The notes beneath the pieces are model-generated. The model was not told the DNA's origin, did no database searches, and saw only the letters and a program-made list of their open reading frames with translations. Position numbers and translations under genes: made by a program. From the human T2T-CHM13v2.0 reference genome, Homo sapiens, in NCBI RefSeq assembly GCF_009914755.1, contig NC_060933.1: DNA of 64,000 nt. One strand, 5' to 3'. This document shows positions 1-12,310 of this stretch, piece after piece (position 1 is the first letter of the stretch; each line of letters opens with the position of its first letter).

Positions 1-1282
1 TTTGTCTTCAATCTAAACAAGAAAACATTTGGGGGCAAAACTTTGTTAAAATTCAATTTAACTGATTTATCTAACCATGTATAACAGCTGTTTTTCACAT
101 GTTAAAAGACAGTGTGAAAGTATGGGTTTTTCATTTTGTTTTGTTTTACATGTCAATATTAAAAGAGCTTAATTTTTAAAATTTCTGCTACATGATGACC
201 TTAACTTCTTAAGGAAAACAGGAAAAAAACCATGTGTATGTCCAAAGAAATAAAAATTTACAATAATAGTGTTCTTAAAAAGTAGAATCCCCAAAGACGT
301 AATTTACAGCTCGTTTTGGGCTAACAATTCACACCATAAAATAAAGGGAAATTCTAATCTAGTGGACTCCATTAACGATGTTTTCTGACAATCCTCTAAG
401 CACTACTCTATGGCTAATCAATAAATACAGGGTGATCAGTCTCCTGTTAATGGTCTAGCACACATGCCCTAGTTGGAACCAAAGACATCAGGGATACAGA
501 TGAATGAGTTGACTCCAATTCTAATAAATAAATAATATGAGAAATGAATCCGACTTTCAGACAACACAGTAAGTTCCACACAGCCTGTAAAAAGCACAGC
601 TGGTACACAGGAAGGACACTAATGTGCATTGAAGAGAACAATTTGAAATTCCATTGCAAACATTCATTTTCATGAATTTCCTTTCTGTGCTTTATCTTTG
701 TTTGCATTTGAGGAGTAAGCTTAGAAACAAAAACAAATAATAGAAACCTACCAGCTTCCTGGGTCAGACCAAGCAAAGGCAGACTTTCACTATGCCTGGA
801 AAGTGTCAATTTGCCTTTTAGGTTAAAATAAATTTGACAGTGCACTGGGAAATTAATTTTAAAATCATCACTGTGCTAAGCATGGGAAAGATAATACTCC
901 ATTACTAAAATTATTTGGCTTACTATGTAAAAATACAGCTCTCATAATGTATGAATGTGGTTTTGGAGTAGAGTTGCAATTCTCACATTCAGCTGTGGCA
1001 ACTAAGAGAATCTGCATAATTTTTTATATTTGCACTGCAAAATTGTGGCACAGATAACACTGGAAAGGAGGACTTATTTTGGCTATTTGCATTTTCCAAA
1101 AATGGTCACGTTAATATTTCTGATTCCACATGCTCTTCCAGAACTTGTTACTTGTTCATCAAGAAGTAGAATCTACTTTTTCCCTCCTTGGATCTGGGTG
1201 ATGCATTGTGACTACCTTTACTGAGAGAATGTGGAGGAAATGATGCTGTGTGACTTCCAAGAATACATCATAAAAGTTGTCT

Positions 1283-1412
1283 AACCCAAGCATGGTGGCA
1301 TGCATTTGTTGTCCCAGCTACTGGGAAGGCTAAGGCAGAAGGATCACTTGAGCTCAGGAATTCGAGGCTGGCCTGAGCAACACAGGAAGAAATCATCTCT
1401 AAATAAATAAGT
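1283..1412 (+). mobile_element. FLAM / Alu monomer
   Basis: Single 7SL-derived monomer (gcatggtggcatg...cccagctactgggaaggctaaggcagaaggatcacttgagc) with an A-rich tail. Confidence 0.75.
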
Positions 1413-1716
1413 AGGCAGGGTGTGGTGGCTCATGCCTGTAATCCTAGCACTTTGGTAGGCTAAGGAGGGTGGATGGCCTAAGTTCAGGAGTTTGAGACCA
1501 GCCTGGGCAACACGGTGAAACCCTGACTCTACTAAAATACAGAAAATTAGCTGGGCGTGGCAGCATGCACCTGTAATCCCAGCTACTCTGGTGGCTAAGG
1601 TAGGAGAATTTGCTTGCAGGTGGAGGTTGCCGTAAGCCGAGATTGTGCCACTGCACTCCAGACTTGGTGACAGAGTGAGACTCCGTCTCCAAAAAAAAAG
1701 AAATAAAAATAAAATA
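1413..1716 (+). mobile_element. AluS inserted in the FLAM tail
   Basis: Dimeric Alu with A-rich linker and tail. Confidence 0.9.
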
Positions 1717-2612
1717 GAAAGTTGATACAGCTTCCACCGGGCTCTCTTGGGACACTTGCCTTTGGAACTTAGCCACCATATTATGATGCAGACAAACAGC
1801 CACATGGAAGGGCCACATGTAGATGTTCTATATAGCCACAACCACATGGTGGTCCCAGCCAACAGCCTGTACCAACCACCAGACACAGGAACGAGTGCCC
1901 CTGAAGATGATTTCCCCCTTTAGCCTTCTGGTCACTTCATCTGATGTCATATGGAGCAGAGACAAAATGTGCCCCTAGGCAAATTGCAAACCTGTGAGCA
2001 AAATAAATATTGTTGTTTTAAATTACTGTATTGGGTGGTTTGTTGCGTAGCAACTGAAATACATATCAAGTGTCTTGATTTTGTTTTATCTTCTCTACCA
2101 TTTAAGTAACTTTTTACCAGGAAAACAATTCAACAATCATTTCACAGTGATTCTATCTGCAATAATTCATACATGGCAGTACCTGACTCTCAGAGCTGCC
2201 TTGCATCCACTATGTGTTTGGTCACTGCTTGACCAGCATCATGTGAGAGCTATGTTTGTTCAACTTATGCAATGTAAATTCATTTTCCAAAGAATTATAA
2301 AAAGAATGCATACTCATGAAAATTCAAATTTTACAGATTTTTAGTTAAAAAAAGCCGTGTTTGTTGCCTGACCCCCCCTCAATTCTACATCTTTCAGAGG
2401 TAATTTCATCAAATCTACTATGTATCCTTTCCAAGCCTTTTGTACTTATCTACACCTTTGCACACACACAAACACAAAACATACACACACAGACATACAC
2501 CTTAAGTATATATCTTAGACATTTTCCCCTAAATATTATGAGTTTCTTTTTGATACATTGATAAAGCAAGCCTATTGATAATAAATATTAAGTAATTATA
2601 ATCCAGATATTA

Positions 2613-2695
2613 AGAGAAGAAGCAGCAGCAGGAGGAGGAGGACGAGGAGGAGGAGGAGAGGAGGAGGCGGCGGCAGTGGGGGAGGAGGAGGAAGA
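2613..2695. repeat. (GAA/GCA/GGA)n purine-rich triplet repeat
   Basis: agaagaagcagcagcaggaggaggaggacgaggaggagg... read directly. Confidence 0.9.
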
Positions 2696-3004
2696 GACCA
2701 TTTTCTGAGTTCTTACTATGGGCCAGGCACTATGCTAACCAGTTTGTGTGCACTACTCTAGTTAATATACTGCCAATTAAGTGAATACAAATCTTTAAAG
2801 AAAAATAGTTCAGAAAATAAATTCAGTACTCCCCAAATCTTATTGAGTTGCCTAGATGCATTACTATCCCCTTATACAAATGAAAAAGAATCCCAGAAAA
2901 GAAAATTTAAGCCATGTTATATGTGCTTGGAAGATGTCTGCTGCCCAGAGTAGGGTTAATGACACGGGATTCTTCAATTTTCTTTTACATAAAAATTACT
3001 CCAA

Positions 3005-4228
3005 AATCTAGACTCTAGGCCAGACCTCTACTCTGAATTCTAGGCCTATATATTTAACCTATTTGACACATCCACTTAGATGTCTCAAAGATTATCCAAA
3101 CTCATTATGCCCAAAACTTCTGATTTCCCCCTGCTGCATGTGCACACGTGCATACACACACGCAATGGTGTTCTCATACTTTCTCTCTGGCATTACTACC
3201 CAGCCAGTTGTGCAAACTCAGGACTTGGCAACATATTATTGGACACTAACCCTTATTAACTCATCTTAATTTAGAGTCATAAATATCTCTGAAATCTTTC
3301 CCCTTCTCTCCATTTTTATTGCCAACACCCTAGGCCAATTTACGAGCATCTCTTACATAGACTACTGTAATAGACTATTCATCGCCTCCCAGCTTTCCAT
3401 CCAGGTCAACTCCAATCTTTTCTCTTGCTGTAGCCAGAGTGATATTTTCAAAACACAATTTCATCATTTTAATCCCAGGCTTAAAACTCTTCAATAGATA
3501 ACCTCTGCTTTTGGGATAAAGATCCACATTTTTCTCATAGCTTTTAAGCCAAGAATGGTTCATGCCTACCACTTCAAACTCAGCACATGCTCCTTTTCCT
3601 CTCACTGTTCAGCCACAAAGCCTTCTTTTATTTTCTTCAAATACACCAAGTTTTCTCCCACCACAGAGCCTTTGCATGAGCTATAACTTCTATCTGAAAT
3701 GCTCCTCCTTTCCACGAGTAATCTTGTGCGCCTTCAGCTCTCAACTTAAATATCAGTTTTCCAGTGAATACTTCCAATAATTTCACAAACTAGTTTATAT
3801 TCACTTATTACAGTCTATCGTAATGCCACATTTCCCTTCTTCACAGCCCTGTCATAGTTTGAAGTTGCACTTTTACTAAAGTAATATTTTAAATGTATGT
3901 CTTCCCAATTTGACTGTAAGCTCTTGGACAGCAAGGACCAGAAGTGTGCTGAAGCCAGCTCATGCTGGCTCACATTTGCTTAATGCCTCCATATCTTCTT
4001 ACACTGTAGAACATCGATAGCTTGAAATTGGCTGTAGTGGGAGTATTTACACCACAGAAATGGACAAATACCAGAAATCAGAGTTTTTGTTTTTGTAAAG
4101 CCAGGTGTTAAACATTTACCAGCAAGAACCATGTTTGCCTTTGCTTATTAACGTATCACCAGCACCTAGGACAGTGTCCAGTACATGAAAGCCTTTCAAT
4201 AAAAATGCACTAAATAAATGAATGAATG
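3005..4228 (+). mobile_element. LINE-2 3' portion
   Basis: ccagacctctactctgaattc...cacttagatgtctc; ends in the L2 (gaat)n tail taaatgaatgaat. Confidence 0.75.
3939..4126. mobile_element. MER63-like hAT-Blackjack MITE nested in L2
   Basis: cagaagtgtgctgaagccagctc...gtagtgggagtatttacaccacagaaat...gttaaacatttaccagca. Confidence 0.65.
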
Positions 4229-5974
4229 CTCTAATTATAAGTTCAGCCAGCATTCCAGTGGATGCCCTCTTGCGATGAATGTGACCTCTTGGTTTTATGA
4301 ATGAGAATACTTCCAAAATGCAACTGCTATTTGTTGTTTGTTTTCAGACATTTCTTTATTTGAATAACTACCCTCTGTCTGAGTCTCCAGAGTCAATGAC
4401 ATAGTTGAAACATGCAATTCACTGAGAGCACAGTTTCCCATGCTCTCATGCTATAATACATTCCCATGGGAATGCTCTCATTCCCATGCTGATCATGCTA
4501 TAATACATTTAAACCTTATAACCAAAAAGGATCATCCTTTCTCCCTCACCCTTCCCTTTTTCCAGGATTCCTAGAATAACTGAGTCAATAAATGGAATAA
4601 TTGAGTCAAGAAAATAAAAGAATATATCAGGAAGCGTAAATGTACTATAAGTATATGTGTGTATGCATGTGCACATGAGCACACATGGGCATATGTCAAT
4701 CTTTTTGGAAGAATCTACATATATAATGAATAATATATTATTAAAACAAAAATGGTGGGAGGGTTGGTGGGAGATAGAGGACAAAGTATGTAAAATGAAA
4801 CATAAAAAGGATAGCCATCCAGGGTTTGTCAACTATGAAGGAAGAAAATCATACCTGCAAGATGGCTGCCGCCAAAATTAACCAACTACCCAGACAAATA
4901 TAAGCAACTCATGCACTTAGGCCTAAAACAGCCAACGCAGTGTGACAATGATCAGATAGGGAACAAGACAGTCTGAAGAGTAAAACTGTGGACATTATTT
5001 AACCCTTAAAATCTGCTCCAGGCTTCAGGTCACTGACAATAATCATGATTTATAGAATGATAGATGTCTACATGGCACTTCCCCAAATTCCATCTCTGCG
5101 TAAAATATAGATGTTTTCCAAAGCAGACTTATCTTTTCAATTAACATTTTGTGGGCTCCAAGAAATTCTACTGGGTAAGGCTGAATATGAAGGAGATGAA
5201 GGATAGCAGTATTGGTACTGGTTGATTCTCCAATCGTTCTTTAAGACTGGTGAATTCCAATGCTGGGCTAACAAATGAGTATTTTGTTGAATTCTTTTTT
5301 CTTTCTTTTCCTTTTTTGTGAAATCCCAGGAAATGTTAGAAATCTCTGTTCTGTTTATGTGAAAAAACTCATTAGTGTATTATAAATAATGATGTGGCTT
5401 TTGCAAGAAATATACATCACTGCTGGAAAGTAGATACTCCATGATTGCTTGCTTCTGAGACATATCAATAATTTCTACCACAGAAAATGCAGCTTTCATT
5501 CTGGTGGCATTTCCAGAAGCAAAGGCACTAGAAAAATGCAAGGAAGTCAAGAGAAGCCTTGTATTCTTCCGTAAAAGTCAAAGAGAATGAGTTAAGAAAA
5601 TGTCTAAGAAAATTTCTAGCATTCCAAATCCTTTTCAGGTCAGCAAAATACATTATCTAGACATCTTAAATAAAAGAGTAGAAAAAAATCAAAGCAAAGC
5701 ACATTTCAAAGTCCAACGGTGAGTCAATATTAGAGAAACCTATTAGTATAATTCACTAAATTATAAGGCAAAAGAGAAAAACACCTTCTTCCTCCCACTC
5801 CTCTTCCCTTTCTGAACAACTCAGCCCAAAAGTCATTAGCTAGCTCCAAGAAGGAGTTGGTGGGGAAAGGGGGCATGTTGGAACATGAGTGGCATGAGAA
5901 GGGCATGTGCAGGGTATAGGACATAGAAGGTGTATAGAAAATTGGTTTTGTATAAGGCTTTGATCACATAAATA

Positions 5975-6985
5975 CCTATCTAAAGGAAAATGGAAGTTGA
6001 GTTTCTTACTCTCAGAGAAGAGTTACAAATAAGGGAAAGGGGAGAAACTAGTATAGACACATAGAGTTGTATTAGAGTAAAAGTACCAACATTAAGGCAT
6101 TTTTAAAATATATTGAAGGATGGATAGACAAATAATAGGTGGTTAGATATGTAACATAGAAAATCACCGACACATGAGTGTGTACACATAAACCTATACC
6201 TATTCTTTAGCTCAGTCCAGTAGGAGGGGCCTGGAAGCAATGACACCTAAAGAACAGTGAGCGTACCTTAGACATTAAATTGTCGTTTCTAAATATCATC
6301 TCTATTGAAAAGACCAGGGCTTTTTGGAAAAAATAGATGATTCTAGGGCCGGGGTAAGCGGAGTACAAGATAAACCCGGAGGAGCATCTTCTTTTACCAG
6401 AAAATAAGGAAGTGCTCAAAGAATGAAGGGGACATACCACAAGGACACAGAAACCAGTTTGAAGGTGCTCCCACTGGCCTAATCTAGGATAATTTGAACA
6501 CTAAAATAGATAATTTCAATAATGGATCATAACTTGACAAATTAAATATGAAAGTATGAATTCATACCAATATAAATGAACAAATTTTTGAAGAAAAGTG
6601 GGACATTTATACAAACTCAAAGTAACTTTCCACAAAACAAAATGATTTCAAAGGGGAAAAATTAACTTTATGGGACAGAAACGTGACAGATAACATCTTA
6701 AGCAAGCAAATTGAATATCACCAGTAATGGGATAAATCTAAATCATAAACCACTTGGTAAGATACAATGAGAAGAACACTGTATCCATCCTGTGATATTT
6801 GGGCCAAAATGCAGAACCTGAATCTAATAATGAGGAAACATTAGACAAACAGAAATTGAAGATCCATTTATACAACAACGGGCATGTAATTCTTAAGTGT
6901 CAAGGCCGATAAAGTTAAGAAAAGGGTGAACAATTGCTTCATATTGAAGGAGACATATGACAACTAAATGCAATATACAATTCTT
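5975..6985 (+). mobile_element. L1MC-family 3' UTR
   Basis: L1MC 3'UTR text (gtacaagataaacccggaggagcatct, aacctgaatctaataatgaggaaacattagacaaac). Confidence 0.65.
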
Positions 6986-7225
6986 ATTTTTGAATAACAG
7001 ATTTATTGAAATAAAACTTAAGTCGCAGAAAAGTCACCCTTTCGAAGTATACAATTTAAAATTTATTGACATATTTGCAGAGATATGCAGGAATCCACAC
7101 CATCTAATTTTAGAATATTCTCATCCCTCCAAAAAGAATTCCCACACCCAATGGCCATCACTCTCTAGTTCCTCTCCCAACACCCCCTAATCTATAGGCA
7201 ACACTAATCTACTTCTAGTCTCTAT
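6986..7225 (-). mobile_element. L1MB-like 3' end fragment
   Basis: tttattgaaataaaactt...ccatctaattttagaatattctcatccctcc. Confidence 0.6.
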
Positions 7226-7621
7226 GAAATCTTAAAACATACTGTCAAATTGTTCAGAAAAAAACAGGTTTTTTTGTACTGTACTCACAACTTTCCTCTA
7301 AGTTTAAAATGGTTGAGAGATAGAAAGAGACAGAGAAACATCACATTCACATAAACAGATGCTGAAAGATTTTTTTAAATAAAATTCAGCATCTACTGTT
7401 GATTTTTTAAATTGTGAAAATGTCAGAATAAATGGACATTTCTTTAACAAATATGTATTTACTTTGATAACTAAACCAAAAAGCCAGTATCATGCTTAAT
7501 AATAAAACACTAAGCTATTCTTATTAAACTCAGGAACAAATCAAGATGCCCATTATAACCACTATTATTCAGCATTGTTCTGGAATTGCTAACTAATGCA
7601 ACAAGACAAGAAAAAAGGATG

Positions 7622-7926
7622 GGCTGGGCGCAGGGGCTCACGCCTGTAATCCCAGAACTTTGGGAGGCCGAGGCGGGTGAATCACGAGGTCAGGAGATCG
7701 AGAGCATCCTGGCTAACACAGTGAAATCCTGTCTCTACTAAAAATACAAAAAAAAATTAGCAGGGCGTGGTGGCGGGTGCCCGTAGCCCCAGCTACTCGG
7801 GAGGCTGAGGCAGGAGAACGGCACGAACCTGGGAGGCAGAGCTTTCAGCGAGCTGAGATCGTACCACTGCACTCCAGCCTGGGCAACAGAGTAAGACTCC
7901 ACCTCAAAAAAAAAAAAAAAAAAAAA
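7622..7926 (+). mobile_element. AluY-like
   Basis: atcacgaggtcaggagatcgag...catcctggctaacac diagnostic positions; poly(A) tail. Confidence 0.9.
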
Positions 7927-8005
7927 GATGGGATTCAAATATTAGATTTAAAAACTATTTACATGAATATGAATGTTTAGCAAGCTCACCGTTAGGTAAT
8001 ACATA

Positions 8006-8119
8006 TTAGATTGGTGCAAAAGTAATTCCGTTTGTGTTTTTCTCATTGTGGCAGAAACCAAATTACTTTTGTGCTTTTGCCATTATGGCAGAAAGAGCAA
8101 GTACTTTTGTACTAATTTA
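8006..8119. mobile_element. MADE1 (Hsmar1 MITE) with duplicated right arm
   Basis: TIR ttagattggtgcaaaagtaatt; two successive right-arm copies ending attacttttgtg and agtacttttgtactaa. Confidence 0.7.
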
Positions 8120-8174
8120 TTACACAAAAATATATAACTTTCCTAAAATCAAGAATAATCTAGTAGTGGAATCT

Positions 8175-8560
8175 CAAAATCAAAGCAATTAAATTCATGG
8201 AGATGGAGAATAGAAGGATGGTTAATCAGAGACTGGGAAGGGTAGTGCGGGAGCTGGGGCAAGGTGGGCATCGTTAATGGGTACCAGAAAAAGTAGTTAG
8301 AAAGAATGAATAAAACCTAGTATTTGATAGCACAACAGGGGGACTGTAGTCAATAATAATTTAACTGTACATTTTAAAATAACTTAAAGAGTATAATTGG
8401 GTTGTTTGTAACACAAAGGATAAATGCTTGAGGGGATGGATACTCAAGCCTCCGTGATGTGATTTTGACACATTGCATGCCTGTACCAAAATATCTCATG
8501 TACCTCAAAAATATATACATCTACTATGTACTCACAAAAATTAAAAACAAAACAATGTTT
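8175..8560 (+). mobile_element. L1MA (L1MA2/3-like) 3' end
   Basis: agaaggatggtt...tagtatttgatagcacaacaggg...catgcctgtaccaaaatatctcatgtacc. Confidence 0.8.
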
Positions 8561-9419
8561 AAAAAATAATAATCTGATAGGAGACACAATCCAGAACACA
8601 TTCCAGTCATAATGAAATAAAAAACTAAAAAGAAAATCATGCATTGGGAAAATTATTCGGGATTAATAGCCTTTGCACTTAAATAACTATTACAAATCAT
8701 TAAGAAAAATAAAAATGTTCTGATAGAAAAGTTTATTCCCTCAAAGAAGAAATTTAAATGGCAAAAGACAAATTTTAAAATGTTCAATCTTACTAGTTAT
8801 TAAAATGCGAAATAAAACAATGGAACTCCATTTGTTTTTGTTCATCAAAGTGTCAAAGGCGTTTTTTAATGAATGTGGGTGCAGATTGGTCCTGTGAAAT
8901 TACTGTTAGTGATAATGCATTCTATTATTAAAACTTTCCTAAAGGACAATATGACTGATTATAATAATAAGCTCAAAAACCTTAATTATCCTGTCTTTTA
9001 ACACAGTAATTTTACTTATAGGAACCTACCATTTTCAAAAATGTATATAAAATTTAGGTACCTGGTGTTTACAAACGCACTGATTAATAACAAAAAACAA
9101 TCAGAGACAACATGAATGTCCAATAATAGGAAACTGGTTGAATAAATTGCAAAAATTTCAATGTGATTAAATATCATCTAGCTAATAAAAATGATGTTGT
9201 TCGAAACATGTTCACAAAAGATTGTTCAAGGCCCTTATAAAATGTAATCAATAATCAATGCAATCAATCATCCCTATGCCTAGAAAAAAATTGATTTTTA
9301 TATTTCAACACATTAAGAATGGTAATTTTGCTTGCTCATAATTTCTAAATTTCTAAATATTTCATAATAAAAAAAATCACAGCTTCTTTAAAAAAAAAAT
9401 CATCTCCACAATGCTAGAT

Positions 9420-9900
9420 GAGTCTATGGCAACCAGTGAGAAAAAAACTGGGCTTTTTTCTTATCAACCAATTTCATTCTGAATCTGAGGTTTAATGTAG
9501 CTGCCAAACAACCAAGATGCTTGAGGATTCTCTGGCAGAAGTAGGGAATCAATAGCTAGATAAGTAACAAGCCCATTTTATTCTTTCATGTTTGGAGAAA
9601 GCTTGGAACATTGTGCTCAATTAGAAGAGGGGCACTTAAGGCACATGATTCCTGGGAAATGCCAGGGAGTTCTGTGTTTAACAGCTAAGTTGATGAGTAG
9701 ATTTAATCCACTGAAAAGAAGGGTTAAGAGTAATATAAAAAATTTTCTTCAAATTTCCAAATGACTGTCAAGAGAAAGAGGTGTTAGACTTATTCTTAGC
9801 AGTTCTAAAAATAGAACAAGAACCAATGTACAGAAATTGCCCAGATAGCTTCTAGGGACAAGACAAACTGTTCCAACAATAAGACTCACTCCACAAAGGC
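9420..9900 (+). mobile_element. L3/CR1 fragment
   Basis: Degenerate CR1 RT C-terminal text (tgtagctgccaaac...cttggaacattgtgctcaatt). Confidence 0.5.
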
Positions 9901-10017
9901 AGAGGAGGTGAAACACAACAGAGGTCTTCCAGCAGGGGCTTCTAATGACTCATTAGGGCTGTTGCAATATAGATTCCAGCCTTGGTAAGAGACTGTAGTA
10001 GACACCAGGTCTCTAAG

Positions 10018-10175
10018 ACCTGGCAACTCAAAGTGCAGTCCATGACTGGCAGCACTGACATCACCTGGGAACTTGATAGAAATGCAGATTGTTGCCCCAT
10101 CCTTACATCTAATTCATCAGAATCTACATTTCTAAAGAACATGACTTATATGCACATTAAAGAGTGAAAAGCAGA
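10018..10175. mobile_element. MER5A-like hAT-Charlie MITE
   Basis: ctcaaagtgcagtcc...ggcagcactgacatcacctgggaacttgatagaaatgcagatt. Confidence 0.7.
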
Positions 10176-10537
10176 TGTGGAAGAGGTCTTCTAACTGTAG
10201 CCTCTCCATCCACTTGGGTTCTTGGGTTCTCCTGTTGCTACCCCTCTTTCACCTAATCTTACATGACCTACCAAATCCCCACTGAATACATAATTCATTA
10301 AAGGCAGAAGACCTGTGGGTGGTTTGGAATAGAATAATGAGCTTCCAAACTAATGTAATCTGATGAATGACTACATTGCTTATTAGTGAGAATTTGGGAG
10401 GAGAGGGATTCCACTGAAATCCATTGACAGGTAAATGGATGTGAATGCAGCCACGTACAGTCTCCTTGGGCCCAATGATTCAGACCGTGTGAAGGGCTCC
10501 CACCTTCCTATGATTCTCATTCATCATTCTTACTCAC

Positions 10538-10582
10538 CTCCTGGCAGCAACTGTAGGCTGCCCATCTACTCTTTAGGATTAT
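10538..10582 (-). ncRNA. Candidate 45-nt internal exon (minus strand)
   Basis: Acceptor atttttcctctgtag and donor gag|gtgagt on the minus strand; no transcript evidence. Confidence 0.3.
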
Positions 10583-11127
10583 CTACAGAGGAAAAATGAC
10601 ATTTTGCCTGCCAACCAGCAAGTGTGCATACATCAGTCCTATCCTCTAAGAAAGTCTATCCTCGTAGATGTAAACCTCCAACTGTCGGCAGCTGATAGTC
10701 CAAAACGTCAAAGAAATAAATAGTGGAAAAATAACCAGACGTCATGTATAAGTCAAGGACCAGAGCATTTAATGGTAGCTAGATGTTAAAGAATTGCAAG
10801 ACCAGGCTTCACTTCTCTTGCAGCTTCATCTTCTGCCAGTCCCTAATTCATAATGCTTTATGAAGAACCAAATGCTTCCAGTGCCTAGAAATACCATGTC
10901 TTTCATGCCTTTCCTGTTACCTTCATCTGGAGGGCCCTTTAGACCTGGCTCTGCCTGGACAACTTCTGCTCATCCTTTAACACTCAGCACAGGCTTCACC
11001 TGCTCTCCCGGGGAGGAGCACAGGCTGCATGACCTGCTGCTTCTCTGAGTTCCCCCTGTACCCTGTTTTAACCTCCACTGTGTCACATAAGACCAGTTCT
11101 GTTCAATAGAAATAGAACAGGAGCCAC

Positions 11128-11410
11128 TGGGCTCAGTAATCCCGGCACTTTGGGAGGCCGAGGTGGGCAGAACATTTGAGGTCAGGAGTTTGAGACCAGC
11201 CTGAACAACATGGTGAAACCCCATCTCTACCATAAATACAAAAACATTATGCAGGCATGATGATGTGTGCCTGTAGTCCCAACTACTCAGGAGGCTAAGG
11301 CAGGAGAATCACTTGAACCTGGGAGGCAGAGGTTGGAGTGAGCCAAGATCGCGCCACAGCACTCTAGCCTGAGCAAAAGAGTAAAACTCCGTCTCAAAAT
11401 AAAAAAGGAA
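11128..11410 (+). mobile_element. AluS with shortened 5' end
   Basis: Dimeric Alu; TSD aacaggagccac at 11116-11127 and 11419-11430. Confidence 0.9.
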
Positions 11411-11503
11411 GGATATATAACAGGAGCCACATAAATTTAAAATGTCCAGTAGCCACATTTTTAAAAAAAATCTAAAGAAACAGGTGAAATTAATTTTAAT
11501 TGT

Positions 11504-11504
11504 G

Positions 11505-11566
<62 letters not shown>

Positions 11567-11666
11567 AGACGGAGTCTCGCTCTGTCGCCGAGGCTGGAGT
11601 GTAGTGGCGCGATCTCGGCTCACTGCAAGCTCCACCTCCTGGGTTCATGCCATTCTTCCGTCTCAG
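11504..11666 (-). mobile_element. 5'-truncated AluY right arm with poly(A)/(TA)n tail
   Basis: gagacggagtctcgctctgtcgcc...gcaagctccacctcctgggttcatgccattc; TSD tttaattgt at 11495-11503 and 11667-11675. Confidence 0.85.
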
Positions 11667-12179
11667 TTTAATTGTATATTTTATATAACTCGATATCTAA
11701 CTGATCTAATTATCATTTTGACGGGTAATTGACACCATGTTAAAACAATTAATTAGATATTTTACATTATTTTATCAATAATAACTTGTTAAAATCAAGT
11801 GTGTGTTTTACACAAAGAGCACATCTCAATTCAAACTAATCACATTCTCAGTGCTCAGTAGACACATGTGGCTGCTGATGACTATGTTGGACAGTACAGC
11901 CTTATACTGAAATAATCAGTTTCTGGGTTTGCCTTCCCTTCTAGAAAGTATGCTGCTTAAGGGCTAGTCAATGTCACATGTGTGATATCATCAGTGTATC
12001 TTCAGTGCCTTACATATATGGAGCATTCATGAAATGCTTGCTGAACTTAACTGACCTGAAGGTACTTTGAGAGAAGGTAGAATTTTATTTAGCACCTGCT
12101 CAAATGAAGAGCAGCTTATGCATACTTAGGATAATTATGATGACAGAAATGACAGATATTTTTTCTTGAATGATGTTCT

Positions 12180-12310
12180 ATGCTTTTTAAATATATTATC
12201 TCATTTAGCCCTCACAATGACCCTACATACCATATACCATTATTATATCCATTTATGAAAGACAAAACATTCCCCAAATTATACAGCTACTAAGTGAAAG
12301 AGCCAGAACT
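12180..12310 (-). mobile_element. MIR fragment
   Basis: ttatctcatttagccctcacaatgaccct...acagctactaagtgaaagagccag. Confidence 0.6.

Larger units (their letters stand above)
1078..2062 (+). mobile_element. MaLR LTR (MLT1G/H-like), interrupted by FLAM and Alu
   Basis: MLT1-type text (atgatgctgtgtgacttcc, ggccacatgtag, 3' end ttgttgcgtagcaactgaaataca); the two halves rejoin at a duplicated aaagttg near 1273 and 1718. Confidence 0.7.
7340..9370 (+). mobile_element. Old L1M/L1ME ORF2 and 3' fragments (host to AluY, MADE1, L1MA)
   Basis: caggaacaaatcaagatgcccattataaccactattattcagcattgttctgg (ORF2 GCPLSPLLF region); gaatgtccaataataggaaactggttgaataaatt. Confidence 0.6.
11092..11900. mobile_element. 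MER33-like hAT MITE interrupted by two Alus
   Basis: ctgttcaatagaaata...ccagtagccacatt...gcacatctcaattc...cacatgtggct...ttggacagtacag. Confidence 0.7.

Noticed and set aside
447-845. 132-aa minus-strand ORF
   Set aside because: No recognisable domain, non-ATG start and AT-rich composition; consistent with chance.
1344-1886. 180-aa ORF and similar ORFs (16734-17198, 29992-30183, 53284-53505, 55698-55964)
   Set aside because: Antisense-Alu translations ([18 protein letters not shown]), a well-known spurious ORF class.
2613-2695. GGA/GCG-rich tract as a coding poly-Glu/Ala exon or CpG promoter
   Set aside because: No splice sites, ORF context or CpG island; a simple repeat next to a MIR fragment.
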